Position numbers and translations under genes: made by a program
Part shown: positions 18,301 to 27,039 of the stretch, in pieces
Layout of the letters: the number at the start of each line of letters is the position of its first letter
How positions within the stretch are numbered: position 1 is the stretch's first letter
The notes under the pieces: model-generated
What the model was told of the DNA's origin: nothing
Database searches by the model: none
Seen by the model: the letters and a program-made list of their open reading frames with translations, nothing else
Sequence record: DRR723986_1341
Strand: one strand, 5' to 3'
DNA length: 35,763 bases

Positions 18301-18828
18301 GGTGCTTTCCGGTTCGGTCTCGGCAACATGCAGCACGGTCGCGCGCGAGGCCGCCATGAGTTCCGCTGCCACCCGGTCGTCGAGTACGGCAAAATGGCCC
18401 GCGACGTTTGCTTCCAGCGGAAACTGGTGCAGCAGGGATTCGCAGAAACCGTGAATGGTCTGGATCTTCAATCCGCCCGGTGTTTCCAGTGCCCGGGCAA
18501 ACAGGCGACGCGCCATCGCCAGGCGCGCGGCATCTGGTTTGCGGCCTTCAATGTCCTGCAATTCCGCCGCGAGTGCGGCATCATCCTTGGTGACCCATTC
18601 GCCGAGGATCTTGAAAACGCGGGTCGCCATTTCGGCAGCGGCGGCCTTGGTGAAGGTCAGCGCAAGAATACGAGAGGGATCTGTGCCATCCAGCAGCAGC
18701 CGCACCACCCTGCGGGACAGAACGAAGGTCTTGCCCGATCCGGCATTAGCACTCACCCAGGCCGAGGCCCGTGGGCGGGAGGCAAGGTCCTGCCGCTGCC
18801 TGGTCACTTCAGGGATCTGAAAGCTCAT
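15322..18828 (-). CDS. addA: Double-strand break repair helicase-nuclease AddA
   Basis: SANAGSGKT, LTFTKAAAAEM, ILVDEAQD, VGDEKQSIYSFQGA, MTVHGSKGLE, RLLYVALTRA, C-terminal nuclease GQIDRL...DYKT; ATG overlaps the addB stop. Confidence 0.96.
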   Translation of the reverse strand: MSFQIPEVTRQRQDLASRPRASAWVSANAGSGKTFVLSRRVVRLLLDGTDPSRILALTFTKAAAAEMATRVFKILGEWVTKDDAALAAELQDIEGRKPDAARLAMARRLFARALETPGGLKIQTIHGFCESLLHQFPLEANVAGHFAVLDDRVAAELMAASRATVLHVAETEPESTFGRALASVIDLMSDGGAQKALDELIQSRDAFRRWTVDAGDLETALAELAGLLETDPALRLADFDEQFRSACPFDLNTCLAYAEALRTGTKTDQARADDLVAAARLTDITAFREAWQAIFLTAKLEPRKSLATKKVAETFPQMLEALEAEQHRLLELLDQRRKVATYEGTTALLRLADAVIGHYERAKTARGYLDFEDLVVKTATLLQKSDAALWVQYKLDQGLDHILVDEAQDTSPRQWEVVTSLASEFFAGTGARDRVRTLFAVGDEKQSIYSFQGAVPAYFDAMRRAFSGKAEAAELEFHSVNLQLSFRSTPDVLGAVDKVFHDESAHKGLSQDVKAPVHEAIRRDPGIVDLWPLEAEAEIEEPDDWRQPIDHVGSGSPMLKVARRIAAEIAQWMRDGTANPGDVMILVRKRGPFVEALNRELKELDIPAAGSDRLVLTDHIAVQDLAALGRFLLLPEDDLSLACVLKSPLFDLTDDDLLEVARETPERVRPGTLWQMLVKRSDSSDKWKAVRARLEDWRARADFVPPYEFYARLLGADGGRKAFRARLGVEVDDVLDEFLALTIAYEQSGTPGLEGFLAWMAAAPTEIKRELTNTKGMVRIMTVHGSKGLEARIVVLVDPGAAPVSAIHDPAFLPRKRLENDLLPPALVWLPPKADRTPWHDAAVEALRDAQEEEYRRLLYVALTRAEDRLIVCGWEPKRGAHENCWYSMVSRALKPEARELTATDGSVSAWRWQKDGVIAEPEAGAASHTSAEPRSEEPPLPDWLSSPVRPLARKKRLQPSRAFEAMEEKEGIEPVPAVSRLQAGRDLASWPLERGRLIHRLLELLPDLAEDARMAASEAYLKQALKPEFAERMPHLLREVAAILEMPEFETLFCGHARAEVPLVGTIRASDSTEVEISGQIDRLVVEDNRVVIVDYKTNFHPSASVAEIPLEYRAQLCVYREMLKQIYPDREISAQLLWTAVPSLMEIPEKVLEETFAGLRPDGTSA

Positions 18829-21800
18829 GAAGGCTCCTCCGATCCAAGTGCCCATTCCTGCGTTCTGGCAAGATGATCATAGTCGCCGCCCATCTGCCGT
18901 TCGCGCATGACGCGGGCACGGGACAGGTAACCAATGTCTTCCCTGACATAATGTGCGATCAACTGTTCCAGCCGCGTCCAGGCGTCTTCCACCAGATCTT
19001 CCAGCGGCGTGTCCTTCGGGTTTCGCGGCGCTTCGATCACAGGTTCGCTGCCGCCCTTCAGCTGCAGATACAATAGCTCTGATATGGGGGCGTCAGCCGG
19101 CACATCCTTGAACCCGAACCGCCGGACCATCGCGGCCTCCAGCGGCAATTGCGGCGACAGTAGCGCGTCGACCTGCTTTTGCGATGGCACCTGCCCTGTC
19201 TTGTAATCGACCACGGACAGCCCGCCGCCACTCAGAAGATCGATCCGGTCTGCCCGGCCGCGCAGGCGGAAATCGAACCCGGGCAACTTCAGTTCCACAC
19301 CGCCTCCGATTTCCAGGAACCGCTGGCTGACGTGTTGCGACCGCCTTGCTTCGTAGGCAACGAAGCCAGCCGCGATTTTCTGGAAACGCGGCCACCAGAG
19401 CGCCCGGATCGCCGGAAACGCATCAAGAGGCTCAAACAGCTCCTCGCCGATCTCTGTCAGGGCCTTTACGGCACTGTCGTCGAATGCGCCGGTCCAGGTC
19501 AGCAGGAAATCCGCCAGCGCATCGTGAATGAGGTTGCCCTTGTCGGCCGCACCGGGTTCGCCGCCGATCGGGTCGACCGGCTGCAGCTCGAGCACATGAC
19601 GGGCAAAGATCGCGTAGGGATCGCGGATCAGGCGTTCGATTTCGGTGATGGAGAGCGATTTCGGGCGCGCAGCCAAGGGCGGACGAGGATGAGGCCGGGA
19701 CGCAGGCCGCACCGCGCCTTCCGGCCGGTCGAGCTTTGCTGCAAGGGCGGAATATACCGCCCCTTGCGCTTCCAGTTTCTTCGTCAGTTCGGGCCCGGCA
19801 AGCGTGGTCAGGCGCTGCAGCCAGCGCGATGCGACAGTGGGAGCGCCGTCGGAGCGTGCGGCACGCGAAAGAAGGACACGCCGTGCACCCATGCCTTGCG
19901 CAAAGTCATGTGCGGCCGCACCGAGCCGGCGCTCCGGGGGTTCCAGCCCCATGTCGCGCTTCATCGGCCGGTTCAGCCACGGATCATTGCGCGTGCGTTG
20001 AGGCCAGACGCCCTCATTGAGGCCACCCAGGATCGCGAAATCAAAGGCCTGAAGCCGTGCTTCCATGGGACCGAGGATCTGCACCCGCTGGTCGCCCGGC
20101 AGCCTGCGCCGTACGGCCTGACCGGACATCAGCGCAGGCAGTACCGACGGCCATTCGCCGGCAGGAATTTCCAGTCCGCTGGAGCTTGCTTCCAGAAGAC
20201 CGGTCAGAAACTGGGCCAATGCCTCGCCCGCCTCGCCGGCATAAAGTTCTGCCACCGAACCTTCGTGATCGATCGAGATCGCCTCGATCACATCGACATG
20301 ACGCCGTGCGAGGTCGGTCAGAAGGATCGTGCCGCCTTCTGCGGCAAGTTCTTCCAGCGGTTTCAGTGCGTTGGCCAGACGGTCGACAAGGTTCGCGATC
20401 ACGTCCCAGTCTTCATCGTGGATCTTTTTCCAGCGTGGCGTATGTGCCTTGCCCGCATCTTCCCGGCTTGCATCGACAGCCAGCTGCAAACCTGCCGTTC
20501 CCGGCCGGGCGCGCGGGCCGCGAACCACGCCACGCTCCAGCGCGCGGGCGGCAGACCGGATGTCCTTCACCGGCAGGCCCAGCCGTGTCAGCGGATGCTT
20601 CAGAAGCGCCAGAAGATCGATAGGCTCGCAGCCGCCAAGTGCGAGTTTTGCAGCCAGGATTGCCAGGATCGCCGGTGCGGTCTGATCGAGCGGGCGGCCG
20701 GCACTGTCGTCCACCTGGATGTTCCAGCGGGCAAGCTCTGCCGCAACCCGGCGCGTCAACATGCGGTCCGGCGAAATGAGGGCCGCACTTTCCTGCCGCT
20801 CGATCGCTTCGCGCAAGGCAATCGCCACGCTCAAGGCTTCATCCGCCTCGTTACGGGCAGTCATGATCGAGACACCATCGAGGGCCTCTGCCCTGTCCGT
20901 TTCGGGACGGGCGTCCAGATAGGCTGTCCAGCCATCGGAGGTGTCGGCGGGACGCAAAGCTTCGGAGACAAGTTCCTCGCGCAGCAGGAGCCCCCGGTCC
21001 GGGTCCGGCCCGAGCGTTGCAACCTCTTGCCGCCCGGCACCCAGCCGATCAAGCAACTGCTTCAGCGAATACTGCGGATGTGAAGGCAGGGTTGCCGCTT
21101 CTTTCTGCATCACACCCTTGCGGGTCGAGGCCTTGCCCGTCTTTTCTCCCAATACGGCCCAGGAGCGGCTGTCCAGATAGCGGTCCAGCCCAGGCAGCAC
21201 GACGACGCCGGTTTCAAGCCGGGAGACAACCTTCAGCAATTCGGCGGTGGCCGGAACCGAGCCGGTGACACCCGCAACAATGACCGGGCCACGAGGAGGT
21301 GTCCGTTCCAGACGCTCGGCCTCGCGCCGGATAAGGGCCGAGCGGCGTGCCTTCGGGTCCATCATTTTCAGTTCGGCAAGATGCGCGGGCCAGGCCTCCC
21401 GCACGATCTGCAGGAAATCGAGCGTGATCTGCCAGTACCGGGCATGGTCTTCCGGCACCAGACCGGACAGTTCCGTCCAGTCGGCTTCTTCCGTCTCAAC
21501 CTCGTCCATCAACGTCAGCAGGTCTGCCGCCAGCCAGGCGGCATCGGCCGTCGAGGCCGGAAGGCCGAGAGGTTCGTCAGACCTGAGACTGAGCGCCTCC
21601 CGGCGCAGCATGCCCTTCCAGGCCTTTACCAGCCGCGTCATCGCAAGATGACGTTCCAGAAGGGGCATTGCCGGCGGCAGAGGTTCCAGATCCGCATTGG
21701 CGGTCAGGCTCTGCGCATCCTCGTCGGCATCGCCCACCGGGCGGATGGCAGGCAGGAGAACCGGCCGGCCACCAAACCGCTGCTGGAAAAGCTCCGGCAG

Positions 21801-21971
21801 CAGGCGCGCGGCGCGGCGCGTCGGCAGATACAGCGTGACCGACGGCAGCAGCAGTGGATCGTCCAGTGGGCGAAAGCCGGGGATCAGGGTGCCGTCGACC
21901 AGTGTGTCGACCAGCGTTTTCAGGAAAGGGACGGACGGCGGGACAGACCAGAGGCGCGCGCTGCGGGCCAT
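18825..21971 (-). CDS. addB: Double-strand break repair protein AddB
   Basis: LPTRRAAR N-terminus, LSITEIERLIRDPY, RGRADRID...DYKTG nuclease motif, C-terminal GDYDHLAR..EW. Confidence 0.95.
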   Translation of the reverse strand: MARSARLWSVPPSVPFLKTLVDTLVDGTLIPGFRPLDDPLLLPSVTLYLPTRRAARLLPELFQQRFGGRPVLLPAIRPVGDADEDAQSLTANADLEPLPPAMPLLERHLAMTRLVKAWKGMLRREALSLRSDEPLGLPASTADAAWLAADLLTLMDEVETEEADWTELSGLVPEDHARYWQITLDFLQIVREAWPAHLAELKMMDPKARRSALIRREAERLERTPPRGPVIVAGVTGSVPATAELLKVVSRLETGVVVLPGLDRYLDSRSWAVLGEKTGKASTRKGVMQKEAATLPSHPQYSLKQLLDRLGAGRQEVATLGPDPDRGLLLREELVSEALRPADTSDGWTAYLDARPETDRAEALDGVSIMTARNEADEALSVAIALREAIERQESAALISPDRMLTRRVAAELARWNIQVDDSAGRPLDQTAPAILAILAAKLALGGCEPIDLLALLKHPLTRLGLPVKDIRSAARALERGVVRGPRARPGTAGLQLAVDASREDAGKAHTPRWKKIHDEDWDVIANLVDRLANALKPLEELAAEGGTILLTDLARRHVDVIEAISIDHEGSVAELYAGEAGEALAQFLTGLLEASSSGLEIPAGEWPSVLPALMSGQAVRRRLPGDQRVQILGPMEARLQAFDFAILGGLNEGVWPQRTRNDPWLNRPMKRDMGLEPPERRLGAAAHDFAQGMGARRVLLSRAARSDGAPTVASRWLQRLTTLAGPELTKKLEAQGAVYSALAAKLDRPEGAVRPASRPHPRPPLAARPKSLSITEIERLIRDPYAIFARHVLELQPVDPIGGEPGAADKGNLIHDALADFLLTWTGAFDDSAVKALTEIGEELFEPLDAFPAIRALWWPRFQKIAAGFVAYEARRSQHVSQRFLEIGGGVELKLPGFDFRLRGRADRIDLLSGGGLSVVDYKTGQVPSQKQVDALLSPQLPLEAAMVRRFGFKDVPADAPISELLYLQLKGGSEPVIEAPRNPKDTPLEDLVEDAWTRLEQLIAHYVREDIGYLSRARVMRERQMGGDYDHLARTQEWALGSEEPS

Positions 21972-21973
21972 CC

Positions 21974-22711
21974 TCAGGCGGCACTCTCGCGAACGGCATA
22001 TTCGGCGGCACGGATGGCCTCCGGCGTTCCGATATGCAGCCACAGGCCTTCCATCTGAACGCCGTAAAGACGTCCGGCTTCAATCGCCCTGTCGAAAAGC
22101 CTGTTCATGGAGAACGGCCCGTCCGGGGCATCTTCGAACAGGCGCGGGTGCAAAATGGTTGCGCCTGCATAGGCAAAGGGCGTCACGCCCTTTTCCTGCC
22201 GCCGGGTCAACGCGCCGTCCTTTGCCATGTCGAAATCACCACGGCCGGAATAGCCAACCGCTTTCACGGTTTCGGCAACCAGAAGCAGGGCGTCCATGCG
22301 GCTCTCGTCCCAGGCTTCGATCATGTGTTCCAGGTTGGGTTTGACGCCTTCGATCCAGTAGCAGGTGTCGGCATTGAGCTGGAAGAACGGCTCTTCGCCC
22401 AATAGCGGCAGCGCCTTCTTGATACCGCCCCCGGTTTCCAGAAGCTGCTCACGCTCATCGGAGACGAGAATTTCCATGTCGGCGCGCCGGCGAACGTGAA
22501 CCTCCACCAGATCGGCAAGGTAGTGCACGTTGACCACACAGGTCTTCACGCCCGCTGCTGCGAGCCGGTCCATGCCATGGTCGATCAGGGCCTGACCGTT
22601 GACCTCGATCAGCGGCTTGGGTGTCGTTGCCGTCAGCGGGCGCATGCGCTTGCCGAGGCCTGCGGCCAGGATCATGGCTTTGGAAGGGCGAAACCGCTTG
22701 TCTGTCATCAT
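21974..22711 (-). CDS. murU: Nucleotidyltransferase, MurU-like (MurNAc-alpha-1-P uridylyltransferase)
   Basis: AMILAAGLGKRMRPLT...PKPL, VVNVHYLA, LLETGGG; adjacent to an AmgK-like kinase domain. Confidence 0.8.
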   Translation of the reverse strand: MMTDKRFRPSKAMILAAGLGKRMRPLTATTPKPLIEVNGQALIDHGMDRLAAAGVKTCVVNVHYLADLVEVHVRRRADMEILVSDEREQLLETGGGIKKALPLLGEEPFFQLNADTCYWIEGVKPNLEHMIEAWDESRMDALLLVAETVKAVGYSGRGDFDMAKDGALTRRQEKGVTPFAYAGATILHPRLFEDAPDGPFSMNRLFDRAIEAGRLYGVQMEGLWLHIGTPEAIRAAEYAVRESAA

Positions 22712-22747
22712 CTGTCTCAAATGTGCGACCGGTTGAACGCGGCGCGT

Positions 22748-24274
22748 TCAGTGCCGATAGCGTGCGTACCAGTCTTTCAAATCCGACAGGAACGGCCTGT
22801 CAAGCACCCGGTCGAGATAGCCTAGCATGCGCGGCAAATGGCTCAAGTAAGCCGGCTTACCATCGCGCTCGGCCAGACGGACGAAGATGCCGAGGATCTT
22901 GGAGATCCGCTGCGCCGCCATGACCGCATAGGCTTTCGAAAAACCAACTTCATCGAACTCTGCGGACTGCATTTTTCTTGCCGAGAGATAAGCATCGTAG
23001 AGCGCCGTTTCCAGAGCTTCGTCCATGTCCGTGCGGGCGTCCAGCAGCAGGGAAGCAACATCATAGGCAACCGGGCCATAGACCGTATCCTGGAAATCGA
23101 TCAGGCCGATCCTGTCGGTTCCTTCAGCACCCGCCTGCCAAAGGAGGTTCGGCGAATGAAAATCGCGCAGCACCCAACCTGTCTGGGCCTTGCTTATGTC
23201 TTCAAGTGCCTCGCGCCATAGCCGTTCGAATTCCGAGCGCGTGCTCTCGTCGGCTGGCTTTCCGGAAACCTTCGGGACATACCAGTCCAGAAACAGCGCC
23301 GCTTCGGCAACAAGCGCGTCCGCTGAATAGTCGGGGACCTGATACAGCCCACCATCGGCGAGCGAGACCGTTTTTGGCCAGGCCTCACCATGCATCTTCG
23401 CCAGGACATCGACGGCGGCAAAATATCTTTCGCGCACCGGTTTGCCGTCTACCACGATGGTATCCCGGCCAAGATCGGACGAGAGGATCAGCCCGTTTTC
23501 CAGGTCGCTCGCCATAAGATCGGGCGCGCGAAGACCATGGTTCCTGAGTTCCGTTCCCACCGCGACAATCGCCCGGCAGTCGCGCGCCAGATGCACTTTT
23601 TCCATGTAGGCGCGGACAGCTTCCGGCACCGCGTCCCCCTGGAAAGGCCAGCGCATCAGAACAGCTGCCGAAAACCCTGTTGCAACCGTCTCGAACGTTC
23701 GCAGGGAGGCATCGCCTGCCAGGAAACGGCGCTCGGCATCCGGCAGACCAGCGGTCCCCAGAAAGGACCGCGTTGCCAGCGATTGCCCGATCCGGTTCTG
23801 CCAGTGGGGGGCGTCCGAATAGAGGCTGAACCGGCGATGGTCATCGTCGTCAGTCGGCTGGGTGATCTGGATCCAGAGGGCATTGCCGGGCAGCAGCTCG
23901 TTCGCCTTCTCCGGCCATTCGATCAGCGCGGCTCCCGTTTCCAGAAGGTCATCCAGCCCGAGCTCTTCCAGTTCTTCGGGCTCTTCAAGCCGGTAAAGAT
24001 CGAAGTGGGACAGGTCGAAACGCGGCAAATCGTAGGTCTGCACGAGCGTGAAGGTCGGGCTCGGCACTTCCAGCTCCGGCTCACCGGCGAAGGCGCGGAT
24101 CAGTGCCCTGGTGAACGTGGACTTCCCGGCGCCCAGATCGCCCGACAGGCAAATGACATCGCCGGGCTTCAAGACCATCGCGATATCGTTGGCAAGTCGC
24201 CGCGTGCCCTGTTCGTCGGCAATTTCGATTGTCTGAAAGGCGCCCGACAGGGCTTGCAGCTGGTGGTCTGCCAT
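22748..24274 (-). CDS. tsaE: Fusion of tRNA t6A biosynthesis ATPase TsaE and an AmgK-like (APH-family) anomeric sugar kinase
   Basis: N-terminal LSGDLGAGKSTF, VPSPTFTLVQ.Y, HFDLYRL, IEWPE; C-terminal LAGDASLR, LRDFHSPNL, IDFQD. Confidence 0.92.
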   Translation of the reverse strand: MADHQLQALSGAFQTIEIADEQGTRRLANDIAMVLKPGDVICLSGDLGAGKSTFTRALIRAFAGEPELEVPSPTFTLVQTYDLPRFDLSHFDLYRLEEPEELEELGLDDLLETGAALIEWPEKANELLPGNALWIQITQPTDDDDHRRFSLYSDAPHWQNRIGQSLATRSFLGTAGLPDAERRFLAGDASLRTFETVATGFSAAVLMRWPFQGDAVPEAVRAYMEKVHLARDCRAIVAVGTELRNHGLRAPDLMASDLENGLILSSDLGRDTIVVDGKPVRERYFAAVDVLAKMHGEAWPKTVSLADGGLYQVPDYSADALVAEAALFLDWYVPKVSGKPADESTRSEFERLWREALEDISKAQTGWVLRDFHSPNLLWQAGAEGTDRIGLIDFQDTVYGPVAYDVASLLLDARTDMDEALETALYDAYLSARKMQSAEFDEVGFSKAYAVMAAQRISKILGIFVRLAERDGKPAYLSHLPRMLGYLDRVLDRPFLSDLKDWYARYRH

Positions 24275-24282
24275 CCGGCGTC

Positions 24283-26793
24283 CTACTCGGCCGCCGCCTG
24301 GTCCGCCAGTTCGGGCCGTGCGGGGAAAACGCAGGTCACCGTCGTGCCCTTGCCTTCGGCGGACTGAATGTCGACCGTGCCGCCATGGAGTTCGACAAAG
24401 CTCTTGACGATGGCAAGGCCGAGACCTGCGCCCTGACGGCGCGATCCTGTGTCATGCCCGACAAAGCGGTTGAACACCTGGGTGAGGATTTCAGCGGGAA
24501 TGCCATAGCCATGATCCTGAACGACGAAGGTCACCTTGTCGTCTTCGCGGCTGCAGCTGACATCGACCACACCGTCGGGTTCGGAATAGCGCACGGCATT
24601 GGAGATGAGGTTGAACAGGACCTGACGCAGGCGTTTTTCGTCGGCAACCATCATGCCGACATCACCCGGCACATGGGTCCGCAGGTTGATGCGTGCTTCG
24701 GCGATCCGGTCCTTCAGCCCTTCGACGGCGGCCGCAACGGTCGGCGCGACGTCGACTTCACCCAGGTCCAGTTCCATGATGCCGGCATCCAACGTTGCCA
24801 GATCCAAAATGTCGTTGATGATGGCAAGCAACGCCGAGGAGGACGACTGGATGTAGTCCGCATATTCGCTCTGCTTGTCGGAGAGTTCGCCGAATTTCGG
24901 ATCTGCCAGCAACTGGGCGAAGCCGATGATGTTGGTCAGCGGCGAGCGCAGCTCGTAGGAAACATGCTGGATGAAGGCGTTCTTGATCTGGTCGGCCTGT
25001 TCCAGTGCCTCGTTCTTTTCCAGAAGCGCCCGCTCGACATTGACGCTGTCCGTTACGTCGACAAAGGTCACCAGCGTACCGCCGTCGGGCAGCGGAACAG
25101 TGGCATAGTCGACGACATCGCCGTTGTGGCGTTCCAGACGGCTGACCTTCTGGGTGCGGTTGTCGAGGAGTCCCGTTACATTGCCGGCAAGCTGTTCCCA
25201 GGCATCGCGCTCGGTTTCATTGAGCGTGCAGGCGGAGACGACTTCCTTGACGTGCGGCAGTTCGGAAAGCTGATCCTCTTCCAGACCCCAGATACGGCCG
25301 AAAGCAGGGTTCCAAAGGCGCAGGCGCCCGTCGGACCCGAACACGGCAACAGCTTCCGACAGATTGTCAAGGGTTTCCCCCTGGACGCGGGTCAGCGCGT
25401 TGTAGCGGCTTTCCAGATCGAGCTGTTCGGTGACGTTTTCATAGATATAGGTGACGCCGCCTTGCGGGTGCGGATTGGCAATGACGCGCAGGGTGCGGCC
25501 ATCGGGAAGATGCCACCAGCTTTCGCGAGCTTCCAGAGACTGGTAGCTCTCCATCATCTTGTTGCGCCAGACGCGATAGTCCGCCTGTTCCGGGATCTTG
25601 CGCGCCGCGCGCAAGGCATCCAGAACCGCGCTGTCTTCCGGCCGGCTTTCGAGGAAAGCGGGATCGAGATCCCACAACTGGCGGAAGGCCGCGTTGTAGA
25701 ATTGTAGCTTGCGATCGGCGCTGTAGATGGCAACCGCAGCTGCCAGCTGGTCCAGCGTGCGGCCGTGGAAGTCCTCGGCGCGGCCGAGTTCCTTCTGGGC
25801 CTGTTCCAGTTCGCTGATGTCCACGGCAATGCCGGCTCCGCCGACATTGGCATTGACATCGGTCACTTCGAACACCCGGCGTTCACCGGAGGCAACGATG
25901 GGAATGCGTGCGTTGAAACAGCCGTCTTCGTTCCGCTGGACGGCCATGGCGGTGCGCGCAGCAGCGTCGAGGAAGGTTGCCCCTTCCTTGATCGCAAGAT
26001 CAGCGTCGGTCATGTCGACCGCTTCCGCATAGGCCTGGTTGGCCCAGATGAGATTTCCTTCCGCATCGCGCTGCCAGGCCGGTGCCGGCATCGCATCCAG
26101 CAGCGCGTGCAGCATATGCAGTTCGCCCGAGATCTTGGCATTGCGGGCAGCAAGTTCCGCCTGCATCTGACGTTCGCCGGTCAGATCGCGCAGACGCAGG
26201 ACCACAGCACCGCCGGTGGTGCGCCCCAGCGCTTCCACATAGGTTCCGGTGCGCGTCTTCAAGGTGGTGGTGAAGGCTTCGCCGGTGCGGAACAGCATGT
26301 CCAGATGACGTTCCAGGTCGCCGGCGCATTTCGCCGTCAGCCAGCTGCCGAACGCAAGAAGTTGCGCCGGGGGCCGCGGCACACCAGATTTTTCGGGAAG
26401 AATGCCCCAGATCTGGGGCATGGCGCCGTTGCCGGTCCAGACGATGACGCGTTGCTCGTCGGTATTGAGCATCGCCTCCAGGCGGTCGACCCGGAATTTG
26501 AGATCGCTCTTTTCCTTTTCCAGCGCGTCGGTCAGCAATCCGGATTGTTTGCGATGACGCACGAGAGCGACAGATGCGGTGACGGCAAAGGCGCACATTC
26601 CGCCTAACGCACCAAAAAGAATCATGTTATCGGGGGAAATGGCAGCAGTCGTGTCGGCGAGCATGTCGGCTGCCGCTGAACCGCAAGACAGGCTCCAGCC
26701 TGCCAGCGCCGTTCCGCCGAGCTTCACCGATTTCAGACTCCAATCTCGCCACGCCGCGCGTGGCCGCGCGTCGTTCCTGCCGCTTATCGGCAT
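24283..26793 (-). CDS. divL: PAS-domain pseudo-histidine kinase DivL
   Basis: H-box reads HVSYELRSPLTNIIGF (Tyr at the phospho-His position); multiple PAS repeats; HATPase with GAGLGL; located between ahcY and tsaE. Start 26793 chosen from the AAGGGGA RBS. Confidence 0.88.
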   Translation of the reverse strand: MPISGRNDARPRAAWRDWSLKSVKLGGTALAGWSLSCGSAAADMLADTTAAISPDNMILFGALGGMCAFAVTASVALVRHRKQSGLLTDALEKEKSDLKFRVDRLEAMLNTDEQRVIVWTGNGAMPQIWGILPEKSGVPRPPAQLLAFGSWLTAKCAGDLERHLDMLFRTGEAFTTTLKTRTGTYVEALGRTTGGAVVLRLRDLTGERQMQAELAARNAKISGELHMLHALLDAMPAPAWQRDAEGNLIWANQAYAEAVDMTDADLAIKEGATFLDAAARTAMAVQRNEDGCFNARIPIVASGERRVFEVTDVNANVGGAGIAVDISELEQAQKELGRAEDFHGRTLDQLAAAVAIYSADRKLQFYNAAFRQLWDLDPAFLESRPEDSAVLDALRAARKIPEQADYRVWRNKMMESYQSLEARESWWHLPDGRTLRVIANPHPQGGVTYIYENVTEQLDLESRYNALTRVQGETLDNLSEAVAVFGSDGRLRLWNPAFGRIWGLEEDQLSELPHVKEVVSACTLNETERDAWEQLAGNVTGLLDNRTQKVSRLERHNGDVVDYATVPLPDGGTLVTFVDVTDSVNVERALLEKNEALEQADQIKNAFIQHVSYELRSPLTNIIGFAQLLADPKFGELSDKQSEYADYIQSSSSALLAIINDILDLATLDAGIMELDLGEVDVAPTVAAAVEGLKDRIAEARINLRTHVPGDVGMMVADEKRLRQVLFNLISNAVRYSEPDGVVDVSCSREDDKVTFVVQDHGYGIPAEILTQVFNRFVGHDTGSRRQGAGLGLAIVKSFVELHGGTVDIQSAEGKGTTVTCVFPARPELADQAAAE

Positions 26794-26948
26794 ATTGTGA
26801 TCCCCTTGTGCCGCCTTGCCCTGTTCTTGCGGGCCGCAGCTCCCGGTTTCTGGGAGCAAATCAAAGACATCCGCCTCGTGGCCTTTGATTCGCCTAAACC
26901 ATAACCTTTTTGAGAATCACGCAGAAGAGTCCGTTATTGAAAAGTTAA

Positions 26949-26975
26949 CAGGACCCTTAAAATTAAAGGGTCCTG
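26949..26975 (-). terminator. Inverted repeat downstream of ahcY (probable terminator)
   Basis: CAGGACCCTT-AAAATTA-AAGGGTCCTG, flanked by T-rich runs on both strands. Confidence 0.6.
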
Positions 26976-27039
26976 CATTTTTTTGTTCACAGACCCGAAT
27001 CGAGGCAATCACCACATCTAGTGGGCCGCCTCGCCGGAA

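Noticed and set aside
16183-18876. 897-aa + strand ORF antisense to addA (likewise 19179-21083, 24229-25707, 27145-28434, 31260-33176, 34597-35724)
   Set aside because: Shadow ORFs opposite well-conserved genes, expected from high-GC codon bias; no recognisable motifs.
26945-26960. TTAA-N8-TTAA as a second CtrA box
   Set aside because: Spacing is 8 rather than 7, and it is explained by the terminator inverted repeat.
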